NCBI GenBank assembly: GCA_963697895.1 | Contig: OY969100.1 | Span: 1,760,001 to 1,824,000 of the forward strand | DNA from: an uncultured Methanomicrobiales archaeon | GTDB lineage: Archaea; Halobacteriota; Methanomicrobia; Methanomicrobiales; Methanospirillaceae | DNA length: 64,000 nucleotides | Direction of reading: 5' to 3' | In this document: positions 42,943 through 55,100 of the stretch, piece by piece | Position numbering within the stretch: position 1 is the first letter of the stretch | Layout: every line of letters starts with the position of its first letter | Notes under the pieces: generated by a model | Seen by the model: the letters and a program-made list of their open reading frames with translations, nothing else | The model's database searches: none | What the model was told of the DNA's origin: nothing | Translations under genes and position numbers: made by a program

Positions 42943-43993
42943 TAACGTCTCTTTGAAGATTGGATCCTTCTCGCTCAACCGGATATCGCTCGATATCCGG
43001 GACGGTGCCCATGTCTTCCTGATGGGACCATCGGGCGCCGGGAAAACCGTTGTACTGGAGACGATCGCCGGGCTCCACGTTCCCGAACAGGGAGCGGTGC
43101 TCATAGACGGGGTCGATTGCACCACCCTCCCCCCGGAAGAACGGAGAGTTGGGTTTGTCTATCAGGACTATTCGCTCTTTCCCCATTACACGGTAGCCCG
43201 GAATATTGCGTTCGGGATGCAGATGCGAGGAAAATCCCGGGATCACCAGGACCGGATGACCCGCGAACTGATCGACATGCTGGGCATCTCGCATCTCGCC
43301 GACCGGTACCCGCAGACATTGAGCGGCGGGGAGCAGCAACGGGTGGCGCTCGCCCGGGCACTCGCGATCGAGCCCCGGATACTCCTCCTCGATGAACCGT
43401 TTGCGGCGATCGACGCCCTGGCACGGGAAGAATGCATGGAAGGATTGCGGCAGGTGCACCGGAAAACCGACCTCACCATCCTCCAGGTAAGCCATTCCCG
43501 GGAAGAGGCATACACGCTCGGGGACGAGGTGATCCTGCTTGACCAGGGATCTGTCCTCCAGACAGGATCGACTACAGAGGTATTATCTCACCCGGTCAGC
43601 AGGAGAGCGGCAGCGATCGCCGGTTTTGAGAATATCTTCGAGGGAATCGCGGGCGATTCACAGGATGGCATTCTCGATGTTCACCTGAACGGGATCACAT
43701 TCCGGGGGTACGGACACATTCCTCAGGGAAACAGCGTGGTCGTCTGTATCCGTGCAGGTGCGTTCCGGTTTCTCTCTCCGGATGCCCGCGGGGAAAACAT
43801 CGTCCCGGGAGTCGTCAGTTCCCTGATCTATACCGATTACGAATGCAGGGTAACCCTCGAGGGGACTCCTTCGTTCAGGGCCTTTATACCCATACGGATA
43901 GCCAGGTCAGCCGATATCAGGGTTGGAGTGCCCATCCGGATATGTGTTGACCGGAACGAGGTCGTATTCCTCGATGCGGCGGTGCCGGTATGA
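42929..43993 (+). CDS. wtpC: Tungstate/molybdate ABC ATPase with a TOBE-like C-terminus
   Basis: GPSGAGKT, LSGGEQQR, LLLDEP. Confidence 0.88.
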   Translation: MIGLDNVSLKIGSFSLNRISLDIRDGAHVFLMGPSGAGKTVVLETIAGLHVPEQGAVLIDGVDCTTLPPEERRVGFVYQDYSLFPHYTVARNIAFGMQMRGKSRDHQDRMTRELIDMLGISHLADRYPQTLSGGEQQRVALARALAIEPRILLLDEPFAAIDALAREECMEGLRQVHRKTDLTILQVSHSREEAYTLGDEVILLDQGSVLQTGSTTEVLSHPVSRRAAAIAGFENIFEGIAGDSQDGILDVHLNGITFRGYGHIPQGNSVVVCIRAGAFRFLSPDARGENIVPGVVSSLIYTDYECRVTLEGTPSFRAFIPIRIARSADIRVGVPIRICVDRNEVVFLDAAVPV

Positions 43994-46900
43994 ACAGGAA
44001 CCGAGTCGTCCGTGGATTACTCACCTGCATTTTCCTGTCGCTCATCCTCGTTATCCCGCCGGGGACCGCGACATCGACGGAAGTACGAATCGTGAAATTC
44101 GCTTCCGACGGGTATACGATCCTCAACGAGACAACGGTTGATTTCCGCTGGATGGAACAGCACCTTCCGGTACAGGGAGACGGAAACACCCATTATTACC
44201 TCCAGGGCCCGGTCTTTGCGGATAACCCGGATGATCGCTGGAACCCCGGGGAAGATACGAATGTAAAAGAGAAGGACATGGGAGCCGTGAAGGGGACGAA
44301 TCTCAAAGACCTCTGCGACCTCGTGGGAGGGATGGCGCTGGACGACGAAATGGTCGTAAAGGCAACAGACGGGTTCAGCCGCACGTTCGCGTATGACAAT
44401 ATCTACTCTCCCCCGTCGCGACAGGGCCCGGTTATTCTCGCATGGTACCGGGCTGACACGGGGTATGTTCCCACATATGCGGAGGGCATGCGACTACTCT
44501 TCCTCGCCGATACTTCGGACAATCCATGGGGGATTCATGCCATAGGGGTCTGGGACTGGCATGAAAGTGCCGCGGAACGGTACTGGTATTACTATTATAA
44601 CGGCAATGAACGGTATCCGACCACGACCGGGCTTTCGGTACAGTCCGTGGGGGAACTCCAGATCTTCAGCCAGGAAGAACCCACCGGGGTCATCCATGTG
44701 ACATCCCGGCCCGATGGCGGCCGGATATATCTCGATGATGAAGATACCGGGGAACTGACCCCCGCGTCCGTCACCGGTGTCACGGTCGGGTCGCATTCCG
44801 TCCGCGTGGAGAAGGACGGGTACGAAGTGCCGGACGAGGCGTGGGTAGACGTCACATACAACCGGGTCTCAGAAGCATTTTTTGATCTGATGCAGATCCC
44901 GGCGGTCTCGTCTGATGGATCCGGGGATTCATCCGCTGAAGAGGAGGACACAAAGGGAAAGGAATCAGGACCATCAGGATCGGAACTGGGCTTTTTCGCG
45001 CAGAATTCCCTGCGGGGAACTATATCTCTTGCAGAAATCCCGGGAATGAACGGATCCTGGAAGGACGGGGTGGAGCGCCCGTTTACCATCCCCGGGCTTC
45101 CCGATCAGGGTCTTGCCTTTGGCCGGTTGTATGTCTTCACCGCGAACTGTTCGGATACCTCATCGGCGTTGAATGAGGATTCCCTGTTTATTCTGAATAT
45201 TTCGGGCAGATCGATCCGGCCGGATCGCGTATACCGCGACCAGGGAGCAGAGGGATCGATCAAAACCTTTGCCTATAACATAACCGGCATTACGGATCGG
45301 GATTCGGGTGCAGCACTCCGCATGGAATCCCCGCCGGGGAGCTTATGCACGGTGGAAGGAGTGGTCATGCTTGGAGCCGTGGAAAATGATACGGCACAGC
45401 GGGTATCGTACCGGGTAAATGAAGGAGCGGATCTCATTGCTTCATCTCCCGGGCAGCCCCTGATCGACGCGGGAACCACGGCCGAGTTCGATATGGATCC
45501 TTTTGGAGTACCGTATACCCAGGCAAATCTCACCTTCATCACCACCGGAATGATCGCTGATCCCGCACCACGGTTCCAGGTCCAGGTAAACGGGGAGACC
45601 ATCTCGGGGACCTTCCCCGCGTCGGCGGACCCGGTGCATATCGCCAGAGTTTCATTCGAACCCCCCCCGCCGGGATCTCCGGTGGTTACATCCATACAGG
45701 CATTGATCAATCAAACGAACGGGTTGTACGGGGAAACCCGGGTTGCGGTCTTTACATTCACCGCGGTGAATGCCTCAAATCTGACACAATCGGCCCCCTA
45801 TGAAAATAAATCCGCCGAATCGGAACAAAATCAACATCCCATAGCAACATCTCCTCCCGTCACCATCGGGGAATCCTTACAGTCACCATCTCCCCCAGCC
45901 CCCGCGAATATACACGAACCGCCGGGCACAGGTCCGATCCACTGGATTACAGATATTTTCGATGCAATTACTACATTTATTCTTACCCTGTTCGGAGAAC
46001 CGGTTCCGGCCATTGCAACCGGAACGTCGGCACCGAACCCGGAACCGGGCAATCAGAGTATAGCAGACACAACTGATGCATCTCAACCGGGAACCGGAGA
46101 TGAACTCCAGGGATATCCGGAGGTTAAGAATAATGAGTCAGCTGTTTCGTTCGACCCTGATGATGAACACTCCGGCGTTGACGAAAAAACGCAGGATAAT
46201 ACCCTGAGCGCCACAACCGGTACCCCGGTTTCCCATCACGGGGGAGTGTATATCACTTCGTATCCCGCAGATGTCGAGCTGCGCATCGATAACAAGGTGA
46301 TCACCCGTCATCTCCCGGCGGTTATCTACGGAATGAGAGAAGGGATCCATTCGATCGAGGTACGGTTGAAATCCGATGATAACCGCATCATCGGCTCACA
46401 GTCCTCACGGGTCTGGATTTACCCGGAAGCCATAACGACCGCTCACTTCGACCTGGTCAGACCCGATATAAAACAGCAGGTTCATGTCAGCACCCGTGAT
46501 GGAACCAATGTTTCATTCGCCCTGAACGGATATTACCCCCTCCAGCGCACGCCTGCAGATATCGAATTCACCGGGACAGACCCCTTCATATCCGTCACCT
46601 ACGATGGTTCCTATCTTTCCTATACACTCTCCGCGAGGGTCATCAATACCGGGGAAATGGTGATTCTTCCCGGAATGCCCGACCTGTACCGGCTCCCGGT
46701 CGAGTCCTCCCCTTCCGGTGCGGAGGTGATCGTGGACGGGATACGCACGGGATACCGGACACCGGCGGTTGTTCCAAACCTCTCTGCCGGACTGCACCGG
46801 ATCATCGTCTCCCTTCCCGGGTACGATCCGGGAGAGGGGGTGGTCTCCATCCCGGTGAATGACGAGCCGATCGTGAAAACGCCTCTCCGCTATACCCTTG

Positions 46901-47142
46901 AAACCTATCCCTGCGGTTCCCTGAGTATTGAAAGTACGCCCCCCCGGGGAACCATCTATCTCGACGGTATCCTGACCGGTGAGAAGACCCCGTATCTCTT
47001 TACCGGAATACCTCTCGGGATCCATGAAATCATGCTCCGTCGCAATGGAGAAGACCGGATGATCGATGTGGTCGTAAAACCAGATGAGATTCAGCGGTAT
47101 GTCGTCGCGTTCAGGGAGAACGGGACAGAGGATTCCGTATGA
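43990..47142 (+). CDS. Exported multidomain protein: type-A domain, PEGA, DUF3344-like, linker, PEGA repeats
   Basis: Signal peptide; type-A motifs; VTSRPDGGRIYLD and VESSPSGAEVIVDG PEGA signatures; RLYV..YRDQG..NEGADL. Confidence 0.78.
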   Translation: MNRNRVVRGLLTCIFLSLILVIPPGTATSTEVRIVKFASDGYTILNETTVDFRWMEQHLPVQGDGNTHYYLQGPVFADNPDDRWNPGEDTNVKEKDMGAVKGTNLKDLCDLVGGMALDDEMVVKATDGFSRTFAYDNIYSPPSRQGPVILAWYRADTGYVPTYAEGMRLLFLADTSDNPWGIHAIGVWDWHESAAERYWYYYYNGNERYPTTTGLSVQSVGELQIFSQEEPTGVIHVTSRPDGGRIYLDDEDTGELTPASVTGVTVGSHSVRVEKDGYEVPDEAWVDVTYNRVSEAFFDLMQIPAVSSDGSGDSSAEEEDTKGKESGPSGSELGFFAQNSLRGTISLAEIPGMNGSWKDGVERPFTIPGLPDQGLAFGRLYVFTANCSDTSSALNEDSLFILNISGRSIRPDRVYRDQGAEGSIKTFAYNITGITDRDSGAALRMESPPGSLCTVEGVVMLGAVENDTAQRVSYRVNEGADLIASSPGQPLIDAGTTAEFDMDPFGVPYTQANLTFITTGMIADPAPRFQVQVNGETISGTFPASADPVHIARVSFEPPPPGSPVVTSIQALINQTNGLYGETRVAVFTFTAVNASNLTQSAPYENKSAESEQNQHPIATSPPVTIGESLQSPSPPAPANIHEPPGTGPIHWITDIFDAITTFILTLFGEPVPAIATGTSAPNPEPGNQSIADTTDASQPGTGDELQGYPEVKNNESAVSFDPDDEHSGVDEKTQDNTLSATTGTPVSHHGGVYITSYPADVELRIDNKVITRHLPAVIYGMREGIHSIEVRLKSDDNRIIGSQSSRVWIYPEAITTAHFDLVRPDIKQQVHVSTRDGTNVSFALNGYYPLQRTPADIEFTGTDPFISVTYDGSYLSYTLSARVINTGEMVILPGMPDLYRLPVESSPSGAEVIVDGIRTGYRTPAVVPNLSAGLHRIIVSLPGYDPGEGVVSIPVNDEPIVKTPLRYTLETYPCGSLSIESTPPRGTIYLDGILTGEKTPYLFTGIPLGIHEIMLRRNGEDRMIDVVVKPDEIQRYVVAFRENGTEDSV

Positions 47143-48446
47143 TTCGGAACACGCTGAAATCCGTGCAACCGGTAACTCTCCTATCGTTGCGCACTCTTCC
47201 TCCTTCAGGGAAGGCGATCTCCCTGATGCTTCTCCTCATGGCATTATCCTGCGTGGCATCTACGGTCTCCGCATACGATCTTCCCTCTGGCGATCAACAC
47301 GATTCCGTTATTCAATGGGGACCGTTTGTCACCGGAACCACCTCCCATTCGGCGATTATTAACTGGCGGACCGGGCTGCCAGTCGTCGGAGCGGTCGATT
47401 ATTGGAAAGGGGATGAAACCGGAGGTGAACTGTTCGAAGGTACCGTATCGGAAGATGATTCATTCACGATGCATCATCTTCTGTTGACCGATCTCGACCC
47501 TGACCAGACCTATACCTATCGTATCGCCGGATCCCCCGGGACCTTTTCATTCCATACCTACCCGCTCAACGGTCCCATCCGGTTTGCGGTGTATGGTGAT
47601 ACGCGGGAGCAGCTGCCGGACTGGAACCAGACGGCCCTTCATGCGCTCGTTGCGGAACGGATCGCCGGGGAACCCGGACTCCTGTTCGTGGTGCATACCG
47701 GGGATATGGTGAATGATCCGGCAGATAGTGGAGAGTGGAACCGTTTCTTTAACGCGGCAGGTCCGATGCTTGGGAACATCACCTTTTACCCGGTCCCGGG
47801 CAACCACGAAGGGGACCTGACAGAGTACCAGGACATCTTCGGGATGCCGGCCTGGTATTCGTTTAAGTGCGGCGATTCCGCATTTCTGGTCCTCGACAGC
47901 AATACCATTTCCCCCGCTATGAAGACCGAACAGGATTACTGGCTCATTGAGAATCTGAGTCGGCCTGCCGCATGGAAATTCGTATTTTTACACCACCCGA
48001 TGTACAGCGCGGAGATCAACCACTGGGGAGGATACGAGAATATCCGGAGATCCTGGGAAGATCTGTTCGTCAGGGAGGGGGTCAGTGCGGTCTTTTCCGC
48101 ACACGTGCATGCGTATGAGCATTTCGAGGAGAAGGGAATTCACTATTTTACCATTGCCACCGGAGGTGCACCATTCTACCCGCTTTCACCCCAAAATCCG
48201 GAAGGTTACCGGAACAGCCTTGAAAACACCCTCGCGTATGCGATTGTCACGGTGAATGGTTCTTCGGGAACAACGACGGTCGAAGTGATCGAAGTCGCCC
48301 GGGTACTGGATAAAGAGATAACCACCTTCCCTCCAGGGACCGTGTTCGATCGGGTCATCATATCACCGTCGGCACATGACAGATCTCTATTAAGGAAGTT
48401 CCCTGATATCTACCCGTTATTCAAGAAGCATCTCTCTCTGGTATGA
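47139..48446 (+). CDS. Secreted purple-acid-phosphatase-like metallophosphoesterase
   Basis: FN3-like N-domain; YGD, TGD, GNHE, HHP, AHVH metal motifs. Confidence 0.88.
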   Translation: MIRNTLKSVQPVTLLSLRTLPPSGKAISLMLLLMALSCVASTVSAYDLPSGDQHDSVIQWGPFVTGTTSHSAIINWRTGLPVVGAVDYWKGDETGGELFEGTVSEDDSFTMHHLLLTDLDPDQTYTYRIAGSPGTFSFHTYPLNGPIRFAVYGDTREQLPDWNQTALHALVAERIAGEPGLLFVVHTGDMVNDPADSGEWNRFFNAAGPMLGNITFYPVPGNHEGDLTEYQDIFGMPAWYSFKCGDSAFLVLDSNTISPAMKTEQDYWLIENLSRPAAWKFVFLHHPMYSAEINHWGGYENIRRSWEDLFVREGVSAVFSAHVHAYEHFEEKGIHYFTIATGGAPFYPLSPQNPEGYRNSLENTLAYAIVTVNGSSGTTTVEVIEVARVLDKEITTFPPGTVFDRVIISPSAHDRSLLRKFPDIYPLFKKHLSLV

Positions 48447-48606
48447 ATTATTTCGAATTGAAAAGCACCAGAGCCCGCAATCATGAAGAGAGACCTGTTC
48501 ACATTAACCGGGTAAACTTAACTTTTTCCTATAACCATCGGGAATACTAACCTTTGTGCATTGACGGACCTGGCTCCCATCAGGTCTTCGGACAGGTGAT
48601 TCAAGC

Positions 48607-51600
48607 ATGAAAACGATACCGGCAATCATTACTCTCAGTGTTTCCCTATTTTTCATGGCAGCACTCTTCATCGTGCCTGTACTGGCAGCAGCGACCACAT
48701 CGGTCCAGATTATCAAGTATGCAGACGATGGATCGACGATTCTGAATCAGACCGCGGTCGATTTTCAGTGGATGGAGACCCATTTACCGGTCTATGGGGA
48801 CGGGGTCACCCATTACTATCACCAGGGACCGGTCTTTAACGACAGTATCCCTGACAAATGGAACCCGGAAGAGAACGATCCTGCCATCCTGACGAAAGAT
48901 TACGGGGCACTAAAAGGAACCGATTTAAAAGAGCCTGTGTGATCTGGTCGGGGGTATGCAGGCGGATGATTACAATGTCACGCTTAAGGCATCGGATGGA
49001 TTCTCCAAGGCCTTTGCCTATTCGAGTGTCTATAATCCACCTGCCCGGGCAGGGCCGATCGTCCTCACCTGGTACAGGGCCGATCAGGGGTATGTCAATG
49101 GTTCGTATACAACCGGAATACGGAACGTGATGTTTGCAGACACCTCTACAAATCCCTGGGGGGACCATGTCTTCGGACTCTGGGACATGCACGAGTCCTA
49201 TCCCGAAGCGTTCTGGTATTATTACCAGCCGGGGCTCCCGAGTACAACCGGCCTCTCGGTCCAGAATATTGCCTATGTCATCATTTACAGTTCAATTTCG
49301 CCACCGGAGACCCCATCCGCGAACTTCTCCGCCCTTCCTGTATCGGGAACGATCCCGCTTACCGTTCAGTTTACAGACAGACTCCCTGAATGATCCGACG
49401 AGCTGGGCCTGGGACTTCGACGATGACGGTGATGTCGACAGCATCGCCCAAAGCCCGGTATTCACCTATGCCGTGCCCGGGTCCTATTCGGTGAATCTTA
49501 CCGTCATGAATGCCGCCGGGAGCGATTCCGATGTTAAGATAGGGTATATCAATGCATTTGCAGCAACCAACACAACCCCAGCCATATCGTTCGTTCCCGC
49601 ATCCGCGTCCGTGCTCCCGGGAGGTTCAAAGGAGTATGAGATCAGGGTGGACAGCCTCCCGAAAGGTCTTGCGGGTTATGATCTCGTCTGCACCGTCTCA
49701 AACACCAGTGTCGCCGAGATCATCTCGGTCTCCTATCCGTCCTGGGCCGGTCTCCGGAATACCACGAATTACTCTGCCTGGTCCGTCCGGTTAAGCGGAG
49801 TGGATACCGACCGTCAGATTCAGCCGGGGGCAGTAAATGTGATCCTGGCAAACATGACTCTCAAAGGAGACATGGCCGGAGTAACGCCGATCGTCATCAG
49901 CAATGTGCACATGGACGCGGATGGGGGAGATGCGATAAATTCCTCGACGAATAACGGACAACTCATCGTCCAATCACTAACTCCGGCACCACCGGTAGCA
50001 AACTTCACCGGAACACCGAGATCAGGGAATGCTCCGTTGTTGGTCCAGTTCACCGACACTTCAACCGGTTCTCCGACGTCATGGGCCTGGGACTTCAACA
50101 ACGATGGGGTGATCGACAACACGAGCAGGAATCCGATGTATACCTACCTGAGTCCCGGAACGTATTCGGTGAACCTCACGGTCACGAATGCGGGCGGAAG
50201 CGACAGCGAGCTGAAGATGAATTATATTTCGGTGCAGTCACCGCCTCCGGCACCACCGGTTGCGAACTTCACGGGAACACCAAGGTCGGGGAATGCTCCG
50301 TTGTCTGTCCAGTTCATCGATACCTCGACTGGTTCCCCGACGAGCTGGGCCTGGGACTTCAACAACGACGGAGTGATCGACAACACCTCGCGAAATCCGA
50401 TGTATACCTACCTCAGTCCCAGAACGTATTCGGTGAACCTCACGGTCACAAATGCCGGCGGAAGTGACAGCGAACTGAAGACGAATTACGTCTCGGTGCA
50501 TTCACCGCCTCCGGCACCACCGGTTGCGAACTTCACGGGGACACCGAGATCAGGGAATGCTCCGTTGTCTGTCCAGTTCACCGACACTTCAACCGGTTCT
50601 CCGACGTCATGGGCCTGGGACTTCAACAACGATGGGGTGATCGACAACACCTCGCGGAACCCGATCTATACCTACCTAAGTCCGGGAACGTATTCGGTGA
50701 ACCTCACGGTCACGAATGCGGGCGGAAGCGACAACGAGCTGAAGATGAATTACGTCTCGGTGCATTCACCGCCTCCGGCACCACCGGTTGCGAACTTCAC
50801 GGGAACACCAAGGTTGGGGAATGCTCCGTTGTCTGTCCAGTTCATCGATACCTCGACTGGTTCCCCGACGAGCTGGGCCTGGGACTTCAACAATGACGGG
50901 GTAATCGACAACACCTCGCGGAACCCGATCTATACTTATCCGAGTCCGGGAACGTATTCAGTGAACCTTACGGTCACGAATGAAGGGGGAAGCGACAGCG
51001 AGCTGAAGACGAATTACATCACGGTGCAGGCACCGCCACCAGCTCCGCCGGTTGCGAACTTTTCGGGGACACCTCGATCCGGGAATGCCCCGTTGTCTGT
51101 CCAGTTCACTGACACTTCATCCGGTTCACCAACCAGCTGGGCCTGGGACTTCAACAACGACGGAGTGATCGACAACACCTCGCGGAATCCGATGTATACC
51201 TATCCGAATCCGGGAACGTATTCGGTGAACCTTACGGTCACGAATGCGGGCGGAAGCGACAGCGAGCTGAAGACGAATTACATCACGGTTTTGACACCAC
51301 CTCCCGCACCACCGGTCGCGAACTTCACGGGGACACCGAGATCGGGGAATGCTCCGTTGTCGGTGCAGTTCACTGACACTTCATCCGGAAGTCCGACGTC
51401 ATGGGCCTGGGACTTCAACAACGACGGAGTGATCGATAACACCTCGCGGAACCCGAGTTATACCTATCCGAATCCCGGAACGTATTCGGTGAACCTCACC
51501 GTCACAAATGCTGGTGGAAGCGACAGCGAGCTGAAGACGAATTATATCTCGGTGCAGGCAACACCCTCGGGAACAGCATCCGTCAGCGGTTGGGTCTCTA

Positions 51601-51959
51601 CAGGATCGGATATCGGATCTGTGTACGTCCCGGAGATCAGGGTCCGGTTCGCAACGAGCGTTTCCGATCTTTCCAACCCGGATCACTATTGGGAAGCAAC
51701 GACCGACCAGCGGGGAACGTATTCGATATCCGGCCTGCCGTCCGGAGTGACGCTCTATGCAAAGGCCCTGTCTCCTGTCGCTCGTCCGAATGCATATCTG
51801 GAACGGCCAATCCAGTACGAGGTGAATTCCGGCCGCCTGATCACCTGTCAAAACATTTCCAGCACCCCGCAGGTACTGCCGATCGCATTAGATGGCAAAA
51901 TACAGGTCAACTGGGTTCTGACTCAAAACCCCAGTGCCTTTGGTCTGCTCCTCTTATAA
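48607..51959 (+). CDS. Exported protein: type-A domain, PKD, cohesin-like, six PKD, C-terminal Ig-like (frameshifts near 48933 and 49380)
   Basis: Three overlapping ORFs join into one protein whose N-domain is near-identical to that of the 52102 protein; AGGTGA RBS. Confidence 0.78.
49981..51558 (+). repeat. Six tandem 264-bp PKD-domain repeats
   Basis: ANF codons at 49998, 50262, 50526, 50790, 51054, 51318; SWAWDFNNDG in each. Confidence 0.95.
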
Positions 51960-52101
51960 TTTTTTTCTCCCTTAAAGAGAATTAATATTGTTAAGTTAAC
52001 TAATACAATAATTAAATAGTAATGTTGATATCTGTTTCAAACGACTTCGATAATACCAGTCAAAAATTTTCTATCGAGCATTTCGACTGAGGTGAATTCA
52101 T

Positions 52102-55100
52102 TTGAGACAATTTCCCGTAAAATATACTTTGTATGCCGTGTTCATCCTCGCGGCAGTACTGCTTCTCGCGCCCGTAATGGCGGCGACGACTTCAGTACAT
52201 ATTGTAAAGTATGCGAATGACAATACGACCATCCTGAACGAAACAACGGTTGATTTCGCGTGGATGGAGGCAAATCTGCCGGTGCTTGGTGATGGTGTAA
52301 CACATTATTACCTGCAAGGGCCGGTGATGAATGAAAGCATCACTGATAAGTGGAACCCCGAGGAGAACGATCCCGCCATTCTCACAAAGGATTTCGGGGC
52401 GGTAAAAGGAACCGATCTTAAAGATCTTTGTGACTTGGTCGGTGGTATGCAGCCGGATGACTACAACGTCACGCTTAAAGCGCCGGATGGATTTAAACAG
52501 GCCTTTGCCTATTCAAGCATTTATAATACTCCCGCACGAGCAGGGCCGATCGTACTTACCTGGTACAGAGCAGATCAGGGTTATGTAAACGGTTCATATT
52601 CCGCGGGTATCCGGAACGTGATGTTTGCTGACACATCAACAAATCCCTGGGGGGATCATGTCTTCGGACTCTGGGATATGCATGAGGTCTATCCGGAAGC
52701 GTTCTGGTACTATTACCAGCCTGGCTTCCCGAGTGCAACCGGGCTCTCCGTTCAGAATATCGATCGAGTTCTTATCTATACCAACGACCCGGCGCCCCTC
52801 AACGCAAACTTCACGGCAAACGTAACCACCGGCCAAGTCCCGTTGGCCGTCCAGTTTAACGACACATCTACCGGTGGTCCGACAACATGGGCCTGGGATT
52901 TCTTTAATGACGGGACCATCGACAGCAACGCCCGTAACCCGGCATACACCTTTCCCGTTCCCGGTAATTACACGGTAAATCTGACGGTAACGAACGCAGA
53001 TGGAAGAGACAGTGAGGTGAAAACGAATTTCATTCATGTAACTGCCATCCCGGCATTCAATGTAATATTTAACGGCACCGTTACCCTAACCCCGGGTGAG
53101 ACATTTACTCAACTGGCGTACAATACCGGGACAAACTATACGGTCAACCGGACCACCCCGCTCGGGGCATTGAACGCTGCGGCAACGACCGCCGGATTCA
53201 CATATTCTGTAACTGATAAAAAATGGTCTGCAGATCAGGTCCTTCTTCTTGATAACGTCAGTGCCTATACGAAAGCTACCGGTAAATGGTATGCATATGT
53301 GAATGACGTATACAAAGATGGTGTCGGGAATCATCCAAATGGGTTGAACGTGATCGAGCTCTTCGATAACGATAGGGTTGAATTCTACTTTACAACCACA
53401 AGTGTCTCCGATCCTACTAATCTCACTGCAGTAAAGGAGCTGGCGACAACTGCAGTGAAGACCATTGCGGACATCCCTACCGTTCCTTCAATGGATGTCG
53501 TTTTTAACGGTACCGTGACCCTTACCCCGGGTGAAACGTTTACTCAACTGGCGTACAATACCGGGACAAACTATACGGTTAACCGGACCACCCCGCTCGG
53601 GGCATTGAACGCTGCGGCAACGACCGCCGGATTCACATATTCTGTAACTGATAAAAAATGGTCTGCAGATCAGGTCCTTCTTCTTGATAACGTCAGTGCC
53701 TATACGAAAGCTACCGGTAAATGGTATGCATATGTGAATGACGTATACAAAGATGGTGTCGGGAATCATCCAAATGGGTTGAACGTGATCGAGCTCTCCG
53801 ATAACGATAGGGTTGAATTCTACTTTACAACCACAAGTGTCTCCGATCCTACTAATCTCACTGCAGTAAAGGAGCTGGCGACAGCTGCAGTGAAGACCAT
53901 TGCGGACATCCCTACCGTTCCTTCAATGGATGTCGTATTTAACGGTACCGTGACCCTCACCCCGGGTGAAACATTCACCCAGCTGGCGTACAACTCCGGG
54001 ACAAACTATACGATCAACCGGACCACGCCGCTCGGTGCATTGAACGCTGCGGCAACGATAGCCGGATTCACGTACGATGTAACGGATAAGCGATGGTCTT
54101 CCGATCAGGTGCTCCTGCTCGATAACGTGTCTGTCTACAACAAATCCGCAGGCAAGTGGTATGCGTACGTGAACGGTGTATTCAAGGACGGGTACCAGAA
54201 CCATCCTGATGGCCTGAACGTTTTCGCGCTTGCGAACAATGATCAGGTAAATTACTTCTTCTCGATCAACGGTACCAATCTCACCGCCCCGACCGATGCT
54301 ATCGCAGCGGTGAAGATCAAAGTAAATATCGCAGGTTCAACTCCATCCGACTGGTCCCTCTCCCTCAGGGGTGCACGGACAGACACCATAACCAAGTCAT
54401 TCTTTGAACAGGCACTTGCGTGCCCAAGTTCAGGCCACCAGGTGAACTGGACCGATACCGACGGAAGTGTGTGGAGTGGTGTACCCCTCTGGCTTCTCGT
54501 GGGCGTGATCGACGACAACCCCGATGTCGGGCCCGATCACTTTAATTTCAATGATTCACTCGCCGCACAGGGATATTCGGTAAAGATAACCGCCGGCGAT
54601 GGCTTCAACACCACACTCGCGAGCGCCGACATCGCCCGCAATAACGGGTATATCGTTGCAAATAAACTGAACGGGAGCGATCTCCCGCTTCTTACTCCGG
54701 GAGGAAAGCGGTGCTGGCCGCTCTACCTGAAAGGTTCGGCGGTATTCGGCGGGCAGCAGGTCGGAAACATCACCTCAATCGAGCTCACGGGAATGCCACA
54801 GCCATCAGCTGGCTGGACACTAACGATGGAGGGTGACGTTACTGATGTGATCACCCAGGAATACTTCGAACAGGCGATCGCCTGCCACCACAACGTGACC
54901 TATACCGATGCAGGGGGGAGCGTCTGGACTGGTGTTGCCCTCTGGGACCTGGTCGGTTCCGTGGATGACATCGAGACGACCAGCCACTGGACATTTAATG
55001 ATACCCGGGCAAATGTAACCGGGTATACCGTCAGGGTTATCGCCGGCGATGGATTCAATAAAACATTTGACAGCCTCAACGTGAGCCATAATAACGGTTT

